This document shows positions 1-9,138 of a stretch of 64,000 nucleotides of DNA, piece by piece. Each line of letters starts with the position of its first letter. Position 1 is the first letter of the stretch. Origin of the DNA: an uncultured Actinomycetes bacterium (GTDB lineage Bacteria; Actinomycetota; JAICYB01); NCBI GenBank assembly GCA_963766295.1, contig CAVXYW010000001.1:4364-68363 (forward strand). The letters are read 5' to 3'. The position numbers and the translations under genes were made by a program. The notes below the pieces were generated by a model, which saw only the letters and a program-made list of their open reading frames with translations, was not told the DNA's origin and made no database searches.

Positions 1-1041
1 CTCCGTGGACGACACGATGTCGACAAACATGATCGTGACTCGACAGATCTGGCCTGCGGTCTGGAAGTCGCCTTCAAGCGCGCGGTGTGCCACTTCCGGT
101 CCGACGTGACGGCCGAAGACTTCGCGCATGCGCTCCTGTTCGCGCAGGCCAGTGACCATGTGGTTGAAGCCAGCCTGCAGGAGCCCGATCTCGCCGCCCT
201 CGACCGCCTCCAGATCTGAGCTGAAGTCACCATGGCTCACACGCCGCACACCGGCGCGGATCCGCTCGAGCGGTCCGGTGATGGCACGGCCAGAAAGCGC
301 GATGACGCCGAAGCCGACGATCGTGAAAAGGATCGAGCCCACGAACAGGCTCGGCGCAACGATCGCTCGCTTGCCCTCGCTCACTGCGGCCGCGACGTAG
401 CCCAGCGTTAACAGCGGGACGGCCGCGACCACGAACCATGTCGCGAGCAGGCGGACGGTGATTCCCATCGTGGCCGGCCACGCATCTGGGTCCTCGGGCA
501 GCACGGAGGCCAATACGGGCCGGACGACCGGTTCCACAAGGAGGTACGCCCCGAGCGCGGCCGCGAACCCACCTGCCGCGAGCACCAAAACGAGGGAGAT
601 GCCGATCCCATCGCTGAGGACGATGCCCCCTGTCATTCGATGCGCGAAGACCAATCCGGGGACCATCGCCACCGCCCAGACACCGGCGACGGCCAGGGCG
701 CATGACCTGGGCAGCTTTGCGAGCCGGCCTACCTCGATCGGCGTGATGGTGCGCCCGTCGTGCGCCCAGCCGGTGGCACGCGCCGCGCTTCCCAGGATCC
801 CAACGGCGGCGGAGATGACTGAGGCCACGAAGATAATCGGTGCGATGACCGTGACGATTTTCAACCGCGCCGGACCTTCGGGCAGTCCCACGATGGCGTA
901 GCGCGCAGCAAAGATGAAGAAGGTGACGACGACCGTCGTCGCGATGGCCGTGGCCATGACCGAGCGGCGCCACACCCTCCACCTGAAGGCGCTGGCTGCC
1001 CGGCGCCCGGCTAATCCACCGGATCCCGCAGCGCCAGCCAT
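1..1041 (-). CDS. membrane-anchored class III adenylate/guanylate cyclase with HAMP linker; C-terminus runs off the window
   Basis: Absent from the ORF track because it leaves the window. Hand translation of the minus strand (codons ending at nt 1) gives several hydrophobic helices. These are followed by ITGPLERIRAGVRRVSHGDFSSDLEAVEGGEIGLLQAGFNHMVTGLREQERMREVFGRHVGPEVAHRALEGDFQTAGQICRVTIMFVDIVSSTE, which reads as a HAMP domain and the start of a cyclase catalytic domain. ATG at 1041 is the first in-frame ATG below the tRNA; GTG 975 or ATG 957 are alternatives. Confidence 0.7.
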   Translation of the reverse strand, partial: MAGAAGSGGLAGRRAASAFRWRVWRRSVMATAIATTVVVTFFIFAARYAIVGLPEGPARLKIVTVIAPIIFVASVISAAVGILGSAARATGWAHDGRTITPIEVGRLAKLPRSCALAVAGVWAVAMVPGLVFAHRMTGGIVLSDGIGISLVLVLAAGGFAAALGAYLLVEPVVRPVLASVLPEDPDAWPATMGITVRLLATWFVVAAVPLLTLGYVAAAVSEGKRAIVAPSLFVGSILFTIVGFGVIALSGRAITGPLERIRAGVRRVSHGDFSSDLEAVEGGEIGLLQAGFNHMVTGLREQERMREVFGRHVGPEVAHRALEGDFQTAGQICRVTIMFVDIVSSTE

Positions 1042-1226
1042 TGCCGAATCGTACAGCCCGCACGTTGCAAACCCCGTGACTTGTCGTCGGGCCCTGAAAC
1101 GCGGGCGATGCCGTTGCGGATGGGTACGGTCTTGCAGATCTCGCGAGCGTTGCCCTGATTGTGTCGAGCCGGGTGACCCCCGCAACGAAAGAAGCCACAC
1201 GCCGTGTGACGTGCAGCCTCTCCCGG

Positions 1227-1299
1227 TGGAGGCGAGCGGATTCGAACCGCCGACCTCTGCGTTGCGAACGCAGCGCTCTACCAACTGAGCTACGCCCCC
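1227..1299 (-). tRNA. tRNA-Ala (anticodon CGC)
   Basis: Cloverleaf folded by hand. Acceptor GGGGGCG/CGCCTCC with G3:U70, D arm GCTC-AGTTGGTA-GAGC, anticodon arm CTGCG-TTCGCAA-CGCAG, T arm GGCGG-TTCGAAT-CCGCT, discriminator A. Confidence 0.9.
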
Positions 1300-1367
1300 G
1301 GAAACGCCTGAATACTACCGGCGGGCCTCTTGCATCCCAGCGGTGGTTCGTCCATAGTGCTATTTGC

Positions 1368-1948
1368 ATGGCGACTGCAACTTCTCTGGACGGCCGCACC
1401 GCTCGTCGCATCGCCAACCGAAACCGCATCCTGGACGCCGCCCTCGAGCTCGGGGCCGAACGCACCGACGTTACGGTCGAGGACATTGCCGATCGCGCGG
1501 GCGTTTCCGAGCGGAGCATCTACAACCACTTCCCTTCGGTCCGCGAGCTGATCGCCGGCATGTACGAACGGGGAGCCGAGAAGCTTCGTCCTCTCTTCGC
1601 GTATCTGCCGTCACCTCAGGATCGGCTCGAGGACCGCATTCGCGAGTGGGTAGCGGTGTGGGCGCGCATACAAGAGGAGATCGCGCCGATCCGTTGGCGC
1701 GCGCTGATCGCGGAGTCGGAGTTCCCCGAACTTCAGCCGGAGCTCAACAGTTGCGTTCGATGCACCAAACCGAGATCGAGCGAATGTTCCCCGAGATCGA
1801 TTGCGAAGAGTCGCGCCGCGTCGTACTTGCGATGACCGACTCGTTGTCGTGGCGCACCTTGCGCAAGCACCAGGGACTTGGATTCGACGAAGCCTGCCGC
1901 GTTGTGGAAGAGACGATAAGGAGGATGGCCGTGGAGGTTGGACGATGA
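1368..1948 (+). pseudogene. TetR/AcrR-family regulator, interrupted by one frame shift near 1740-1755 (or an assembly indel)
   Basis: ATG 1368 opens an N-terminal HTH (RILDAALELGAERTDVTVEDIADRAGVSERSIYNHFPSVRELI) in frame 0, which turns to junk after PELQPELNS. The plausible C-terminal domain (LRSMHQTEIERMFPEIDCEESRRVVLAMTDSLSWRTLRKHQGLGFDEACRVVEETIRRMAVEV) lies in the other frame. It ends in an ATGA overlap with the next gene. The span is 581 nt, not a multiple of 3. Confidence 0.65.
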
Positions 1949-3186
1949 AGATCGGACTTTTCTACGAGCACAACCTGCCTCGACCGTGGAAGGAGGGTGA
2001 CGAGCTCAAGCTTTTCCAAGAAGTGCTCGAACAGGTCGAGCTCGCCGACAAACTCGGCTACCAGTACGTCTGGCAGGTAGAGCATCACTTCCTCGAGGAG
2101 TACGCACACTCGTCGGCTCCCGAGGTGCTGCTGTCCGCCTACTCGCAGCGCACGAAGAACATCCGTCTGGGTCACGGCATCGTCCAAACTCCCCCGGGCT
2201 ACAACCACCCGGCCCGCATCGCCGAGCGCATCGCCACTCTCGACCTCGTTTCCAACGGACGCGTCGAGTTCGGCACCGGTGAGTCATCGTCGCTTTCGGA
2301 GCTTGGAGGATTCGAGCTCAACGGCGCCGAGAAGCGCGACATGTGGCGCGAAGGTACGCAACTCGCCATCCGTTACATGACCGAGACGCCGTTTACCGGC
2401 TACGAAGGCAAGTACGTATCCGGCCCCGCTCGCAACTGCGTTCCCAAACCGGTTCAGAAGCCGCACCCGCCGCTGTGGGTCGCGTGCTCGCAACGCCCCA
2501 CGATCCACCTAGCGGCCGAGAACGGGATGGGCGCTCTTACGTTCTCTTTCATCTCCTCCGAAGAGGCCAAGCACTGGGTGGACGACTACTACAACACCCT
2601 CGAGAACCAGTGCGTCCCAATCGGAAAGGTCGTCAACCCAAACATCGCGTGCGTTTCCCCGCTTATGTGCGCGAAGACCGAAGAAGAGGCCATCGCCAAG
2701 GGCGAGAAGGGCTTGAACTTCTTCGGTTACGCCCTCGCGTGGTTCTACGTGTTCGGCAAGCACTACCCGGGCCGCACGTCGATCTGGGATTCCTACGAAG
2801 CCAACGGCGATCAGTTCTCACTGTTCCGTATGCAGCAGCTCAACCAGGCGCCCGACGCCATCCGCGGATGCATCGGGACGCCGGACCAGATCCGTGAGGT
2901 CCTGAGGCGTTACGAGGAAGCCGGGGTCGACCAGATCGTCTTCTTCTCGCAGGCCGGCTACAACACCCACGAGGACATCTGCGAGTCCTACGAGCTGCTG
3001 GCGAAGGAAGTGCTGCCGGAGTTCTGGGATCGCGACGCGGCCAACGAAGGAAAGAAGAAGGCGCGAGCCGAGGAGCTCAACGACAAAGCGATGTCTCGCA
3101 AGGGCGAAGAGCAGCTGCCCGAGCTCGATCCGGACTACACGATCGACTCGCCGATGGCCGGACAGATGGGGACATCGTTCCTCTAG
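1945..3186 (+). CDS. luciferase-like (LLM class) flavin/F420-dependent oxidoreductase
   Basis: MKIGLFYEHNLPRPW...LADKLGYQYVWQVEHHFLEEYAHSSAPEVLLSAYSQRTKNIRLGHGIV...LDLVSNGRVEFGTGESSS is typical of an LLM TIM barrel. The start ATG overlaps the upstream stop (ATGA). Confidence 0.8.
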   Translation: MKIGLFYEHNLPRPWKEGDELKLFQEVLEQVELADKLGYQYVWQVEHHFLEEYAHSSAPEVLLSAYSQRTKNIRLGHGIVQTPPGYNHPARIAERIATLDLVSNGRVEFGTGESSSLSELGGFELNGAEKRDMWREGTQLAIRYMTETPFTGYEGKYVSGPARNCVPKPVQKPHPPLWVACSQRPTIHLAAENGMGALTFSFISSEEAKHWVDDYYNTLENQCVPIGKVVNPNIACVSPLMCAKTEEEAIAKGEKGLNFFGYALAWFYVFGKHYPGRTSIWDSYEANGDQFSLFRMQQLNQAPDAIRGCIGTPDQIREVLRRYEEAGVDQIVFFSQAGYNTHEDICESYELLAKEVLPEFWDRDAANEGKKKARAEELNDKAMSRKGEEQLPELDPDYTIDSPMAGQMGTSFL

Positions 3187-3208
3187 AACCAGCTGGCAAG
3201 ATGGCGCG

Positions 3209-4134
<926 letters not shown>

Positions 4135-4138
<4 letters not shown>

Positions 4139-4935
4139 GCACAGCGGTTGCAAGTAAGCGCGTCTTCGACATCTCGCTCCCGGGAGCCTGGCGCTACTGG
4201 CACCGCAACGCGATGGTGTTCCGTCGGATCTGGCTGCTCGGGATCATGGCGTGGTTCGCCGAGCCCGTTATCTATCTGGTCGCGATGGGTTTGGGGCTCG
4301 GACGTTATCTGGAGCGCGTTCAGGGCGTCGAGTACATCGAGTTCATCGCTCCGGGGCTCCTCGCGGTCTCGACGATGTTCGGTGCAACGTTCTCGGTCAC
4401 GTGGGACGCCTGGTTCAAGATGGAACGCGTCGGCGTCTACCACGCCGCCATGAGCACCCCGCTTTCGGTCGAAGATGTCGCGCTCGGAGAGATCCTGTGG
4501 GGCGCCACCCGGGCAACGATCTACGGAAGCGCATTCATGGTCGTGGCTACGGCCTTCGGAGTGTTCCGATCGTGGTGGGGACTTCTGACTCTGCCGGCCA
4601 TCGCGCTCGTCGGGATCGTGTTCGCCATCACCGGACTCATTTACACCTACAAGATCCGTCGCGTCGACTACCTCGCCTACTACTGGACTCTGTTCATCAC
4701 ACCCATGTTCATGTTCGCCGGTGTGTTCTTCCCACTGGAACGGCTCCCCGACTGGGTGCGCGCGATCGCTTGGTTCATGCCGCTGTATCACGCGGCCAAT
4801 CTCATGCGGTCGTTGATGACCGAGGGAAATCCGGGCGCCGCATTGAGTTCCGCATATATGGCTCGCGGCGGTGGCATTGGTCCTGGTGTTCGTTCCGCTG
4901 CGCATGTTGCGCAAGCGGCTGGTCGGCTGACCTAG
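4135..4935 (+). CDS. ABC-2 type transporter permease (NodJ/DrrB-like); the last TM helix appears to lie in another frame
   Basis: TTG 4135 overlaps the ATPase stop. Five TM helices follow in frame 1. The expected sixth TM and basic tail (IWLAAVALVLVFVPLRMLRKRLVG*) are in frame 2 (stop 4928-4930). Frame 1 instead ends in a non-membrane tail, MARGGGIGPGVRSAAHVAQAAGRLT. Confidence 0.75.
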
Positions 4936-5564
4936 GCGTCGTCGAGGCGCTTCGCGTGCTCTTTGAGGGCGGCCTCGAGATTCTCTTGGACCAAAGCGAT
5001 CGAGAACTCGCCGCGCGTGCGCTCGATGAGGCTGCGTGCAACGTCGGTGGTCCGGCGAAGGCCTCCTGTGATCGCGTCGGGATAGTCGATCGAAACTAGG
5101 ACGTAATAGATGTCGTCCATGGCGTCGAGCAAGGTCTCGCACTGCTCGTGATTGCCGTGACGCAAGAGGTCGAGGATGAAACGGCGGAGCTCGCCGACGG
5201 TCTCTCCTAGGCCGTTGAGGTAAGGCGCTTCGCCGATACCCAGCTCTTCCGGCGTAGGGATCGGCTCTCCGCGGATGATCGCGTAGGTGGCGCGCGCCTC
5301 GACGTACTCCTTCTGTGCGTCCATAAGAAAGCCGGCAAAGAAGATCTCCGGAAACGGCTTGAGAGCCTTCTCGGCCTCGCGCAACGTCTTCTCGGCTTCC
5401 TTCGTAAGGCGCTTGGCTTCCTTCCAGTCGCTTCGGTGAACCGCGCGGATCGCGTTCGCGCAAAAGCGGATCGTCGTTCGGGAACCCGCCAGTGCAGCGT
5501 CACGCCCTGCGCTCTTGCGGTCGAGGCGATCGCGACAAAACTCCTGAATCTTCGAAAGGTCCAT
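4932..5564 (-). CDS. translin-family protein
   Basis: MDLSKIQEFCRDRLD...YLNGLGETVGELRRFILDLLRHGNHEQCETLLDAMDDIYYVLVSIDYPDAITGGLRRTTDVARSLIERTRGE resembles archaeal/bacterial translin-like proteins. The start is the internal ATG at 5564 of the longer track ORF. Confidence 0.55.
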   Translation of the reverse strand: MDLSKIQEFCRDRLDRKSAGRDAALAGSRTTIRFCANAIRAVHRSDWKEAKRLTKEAEKTLREAEKALKPFPEIFFAGFLMDAQKEYVEARATYAIIRGEPIPTPEELGIGEAPYLNGLGETVGELRRFILDLLRHGNHEQCETLLDAMDDIYYVLVSIDYPDAITGGLRRTTDVARSLIERTRGEFSIALVQENLEAALKEHAKRLDDA

Positions 5565-5665
5565 CGCAAATAATCCTAGCTGTTTGGCGCAGGGGAACAC
5601 CGGCTTTCCGGCTCGCACATCGGCTGCGCTACGATGCGCGCCTAACACAGACAGGAGAAACAGCT

Positions 5666-6802
5666 GTGGATTTCGGACTGAACGAAGATCAAGAGACGCT
5701 TGCAAAGTACGCGCGAGACTTCCTGACCAACGAATGCCCGACCACGTTCGTCCGCAAGATGTTGGACGACGACACGGGTCACGATGCCGCGTTCTACAAG
5801 AAAATGGCGGAGCTCGGTTGGATGGGCATCGCGATCCCCGAGCAGTTCGGCGGCCAGGGGATGTCATACGTCGATCTGGCCGTCCTACTCGAGGAGATGG
5901 GAAGGGCGCTCGTGCCGGGTCCTTTCTTCGCCAGTGTCTGCCTAGCGGCACCGGTTGTGCTCGAGGCGGGAAGCGACGCGCAGCGCAAGGAGATCCTCTC
6001 CGGGATAGCTTCCGGCGAACGAAAAGCAACCGTGGCCTACACCGAGAGCGCTCGCACCGACGCGTCAGGCATCGAACTGTCGGCTCGTGAAGGGGAAGGC
6101 GCGATCACGCTGAACGGAACGAAGCGGTTCGTTCTCGACGCACACGTGGCCGACACGTTCATCGTTGCGGCTCGCACCTCCGAGTCCGGCGACCCGACTC
6201 AGGGCGTGACGCTGTTCGTGGTCGACGCCAAGACTCCGGGTATAACCGTCACTCAGCTCAACGCTATGGACATGACGCGCCGCTTGTGTGATGTGTCGTT
6301 CGACGCCGTGAAGGTCACAGCCGCCGCCGTCCTCGGCTCCCAGGACAACGGTTGGCGACTTCTCGAGAGAGCGCTCCTAAAAGCAACTGGGATGCTGTGC
6401 GCCGAATCCGTCGGCGGAGCTCAGCAGGTTCTCGACATGTCGGTCTCCTACGCCAAGGAACGCATCCAGTTCGGCCGTCCGATCGGTTCGTTCCAAGCGG
6501 TCAAGCACAAGTGTGCCGAGATGCTCGTCGACGTCGAGCTGGGCCGGTCCGCCATGTACTACGCAGCTTGGGCCGCATCGGAGGACGACGCCGAGCTGCC
6601 GCTGGCCGCTTCGATGGCCAAGGCCTTCTGTGGAGACGCCTTCACCCGTGTAGCGAGCACAGGCATCCACGTGCACGGTGGGATCGGGTTCACGTGGGAG
6701 CACGACATGCATCTGTACTTCAAGCGAGCCAAGGCCAACGAGGTATTCCTTGGTGACCCCACACACCATCGCGACCTCGTGACGCATCTGGTCGACGTAT
6801 AG
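5666..6802 (+). CDS. acyl-CoA dehydrogenase family protein
   Basis: GTG 5666 is preceded by AGGAGA. Motifs GWMGIAIPEQFGGQG, IGSFQAVKHKCAEM and HVHGGIGFTWEHDMHLYFKRAK are present. Confidence 0.85.
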   Translation: MDFGLNEDQETLAKYARDFLTNECPTTFVRKMLDDDTGHDAAFYKKMAELGWMGIAIPEQFGGQGMSYVDLAVLLEEMGRALVPGPFFASVCLAAPVVLEAGSDAQRKEILSGIASGERKATVAYTESARTDASGIELSAREGEGAITLNGTKRFVLDAHVADTFIVAARTSESGDPTQGVTLFVVDAKTPGITVTQLNAMDMTRRLCDVSFDAVKVTAAAVLGSQDNGWRLLERALLKATGMLCAESVGGAQQVLDMSVSYAKERIQFGRPIGSFQAVKHKCAEMLVDVELGRSAMYYAAWAASEDDAELPLAASMAKAFCGDAFTRVASTGIHVHGGIGFTWEHDMHLYFKRAKANEVFLGDPTHHRDLVTHLVDV

Positions 6803-6803
6803 C

Positions 6804-8042
6804 TTGACCTCGCCGGCCCATCCGTTACTGCATCACCCGCTCGCGAACCTCTTTGTGCCTCGCCGTGCGAACACCCGCCGTGCTTCGTCGTGGGACAGAT
6901 CGGGGGGAAATCAGGACTTCATCCGCGTCGAGCCCAGCGCGACCACCGTTCTCATGGAGCACGAAGGCAGCGGCTGCATCACACACTTCTACTGCGCGAT
7001 GATCCTTCCCGATCTGCGCGACTACCGGAACGGGATCATCCGTTGTTACTGGGACGGATCAGACGAGCCGGCGGTCGAAGTGCCGATAGGAGATTTCTTT
7101 GGCCTGGCCCACGGGCGCGCGCGCGAGTACTCGAGCGCGGTGATGGCGGTCAACGCTGGCTTCGGTTCGTCCCATGGGCTCAACTGCTATTTCCCGATGC
7201 CGTTCGCAAGGGGAGCCCGGATCACGATCACCAACCGCGGCGAGACGGCGCTCGGTGGTCCCGTCGGAGCCCTCTGGTACCACATCGAGTACGAAACCTA
7301 CGCAGAGGCACCACCGGAGGTTCATCGCTTCCACGCGCGTTACTCGCAGGAGAAACCCACGAAGGCCGTGGGCGACGTCGTGAACATCGCGCTCCACAAC
7401 GCACCCAATGCCTCCGGGGACGACAACTACGTCGCCCTCGACGCGACGGGTTGCGGACGCATGGTCGGCCTCGTGCTCGAGATCGAGAATGTGCAGGGTG
7501 CGGTTTGGTACGGCGAGGGCGACGACATGGTGTTCATCGACGGAGAGAAGTGGCCACCGTCGATCCACGGAACGGGAAGCGAAGAGATCTTCGGCGGCGG
7601 TGCGTGTCCGTCCAGCGAGTACGCCGGGCCGTACTCGGGCTTCCATCTAGTCGAGTCGCCTTCCTACGACGGATTAGTAGCTATGTACCGTTGGTACCTG
7701 AACGACCCGATCCATTTCTCCGAGTCGATCCGCTGGACGATCGAACACGGCCACGCGAACAACTTCTCCAACAACTACGCGTCTGTCGCTTACTGGTATC
7801 AGTCGCCGCAGGCAGTGTCGGCGGTGTTGCCCGAAGCCGGGGACATGCTTCCCGCGCTGGGAGCCAATTACGAAGAAGCGCGCGATGCCGTATACACGAC
7901 CGCGTTCGACATCTTTCGCCGGGTCAACGAGCCCGATGGAGCGAAGAGATTGCTCGAGATGGCGCAGGCCGCAGCTCCCTTTTACACCGGAGACTTCTCG
8001 GGAGCCATCGAAGCGATGCGCCGATTCAAGCAGCAAAGTTGA
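6804..8042 (+). CDS. DUF2961 / GH172-family protein
   Basis: RRASSWDRSGGNQDFIRVEPSATTVLMEHEGSGCITHFY and GEGDDMVFIDGEKWPPSIHGTGSEEIFGG match my memory of the DUF2961 family. Confidence 0.7.
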   Translation: MTSPAHPLLHHPLANLFVPRRANTRRASSWDRSGGNQDFIRVEPSATTVLMEHEGSGCITHFYCAMILPDLRDYRNGIIRCYWDGSDEPAVEVPIGDFFGLAHGRAREYSSAVMAVNAGFGSSHGLNCYFPMPFARGARITITNRGETALGGPVGALWYHIEYETYAEAPPEVHRFHARYSQEKPTKAVGDVVNIALHNAPNASGDDNYVALDATGCGRMVGLVLEIENVQGAVWYGEGDDMVFIDGEKWPPSIHGTGSEEIFGGGACPSSEYAGPYSGFHLVESPSYDGLVAMYRWYLNDPIHFSESIRWTIEHGHANNFSNNYASVAYWYQSPQAVSAVLPEAGDMLPALGANYEEARDAVYTTAFDIFRRVNEPDGAKRLLEMAQAAAPFYTGDFSGAIEAMRRFKQQS

Positions 8043-9025
8043 AGCCGGACCTCAGTCGGAAACGCCGGCTCGGTTCCTCCGGCGTCGAGGTACCTCCTAT
8101 CGGATTGGGGACGGCACCTCTCGGCGGCTGGCCTCAAGCCGAGCCACGCGACCAAGGGATCGCAACGGTCCGGCGCGCTTCGGATGCAGGACTACGGCTC
8201 TTCGACACCGCTCCTTACTACGGCTTCGGCCAAGCCGAGGAATATCTGGCCGCCGTGCTTCCATCGATAAATCGCGACGACTTTGTGCTATCGACGAAGG
8301 TCGGACGGTTGCTCGAGCGATCCGAGCGCGACGACAGCTTCTTCAAGGACGCGCGCCCCTTCCGGCCGGTGCTCGACTACTCGTACGACGGCACGATGCG
8401 ATCACTCGACGAAAGCCGGCAGAGGCTCGAACTCGATCGCATCGACATCGCGCTGATACACGATCCAGACGACCATCACGAAGAAGCGTTGGAAGGCGCC
8501 TATCGAGCGCTCGATGATCAGCGCTCGGAAGGAGCGATCGGCGCGATCGGTGTCGGTATGAACTGGTCCGAGCCCCTGGCTCGTTTCGCGCGCGAGGCAG
8601 ATTTCGACTGCTTCTTGCTCGCGGGCCGGTACACCCTTCTCGAGCAGGACTCTTTGGACGACCTGATGCCCGCGGTAACGGAGCGCGGGATGTCGGTCAT
8701 CGCCGGCGGTGTCTACAACAGCGGACTTCTCGCCGATCCCGGCCCGCAAGCGATGTACAACTATGCGCCGGCTCCCTCAGAGCTGATCGACAAAGCGCTC
8801 GCGATCCGTGATGTCTGCAGCTCGTTCGAAGTTCCGTTGCGGGCAGCAGCCATTCAATTCCCGTTGGCGCACCCCAGCGTCGCAACCGTCGTCGTGGGCG
8901 CCCGGACGCCGGCCGAGGTGGACGACAACCTCGAAATGATGGCTTGCGAGATCCCGTCCGATCTCTGGGCGGCCCTCAAGGAACGAGGATTGATGCGCGA
9001 GGAGGCTCCGGTCCCTGCGGACTAG
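8039..9025 (+). CDS. aldo/keto reductase
   Basis: TTG 8039 overlaps the upstream stop. RRLGSSGVEVPPIGLGTAPLGG, FDTAPYYGFGQAEEYLA and IDIALIHDPD are AKR-like. Only the last third of track ORF 6890-9025 is real. Confidence 0.8.
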   Translation: MKPDLSRKRRLGSSGVEVPPIGLGTAPLGGWPQAEPRDQGIATVRRASDAGLRLFDTAPYYGFGQAEEYLAAVLPSINRDDFVLSTKVGRLLERSERDDSFFKDARPFRPVLDYSYDGTMRSLDESRQRLELDRIDIALIHDPDDHHEEALEGAYRALDDQRSEGAIGAIGVGMNWSEPLARFAREADFDCFLLAGRYTLLEQDSLDDLMPAVTERGMSVIAGGVYNSGLLADPGPQAMYNYAPAPSELIDKALAIRDVCSSFEVPLRAAAIQFPLAHPSVATVVVGARTPAEVDDNLEMMACEIPSDLWAALKERGLMREEAPVPAD

Positions 9026-9138
9026 AGCCGGATGGGCCCGAGGATGCCTAATGGTCGTCTAGCGAAGCCCTGACCACCGGTGTTAGCCTCAGATACCAGG
9101 GGTCCACGACTGTCAATAGCTGTGGTTGGGAGGGCGCA

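Noticed and set aside
227-1519. 430-aa minus-strand ORF
   Set aside because: It is Arg-rich junk that runs straight through tRNA-Ala and is out of frame with the well-supported cyclase gene on the same strand. This is a typical high-GC spurious ORF.
6890-9025. 711-aa ORF
   Set aside because: Only the last ~328 codons (from TTG 8039) encode the aldo/keto reductase. The upstream two thirds is an out-of-frame read-through of the DUF2961 gene and is Arg-rich junk.
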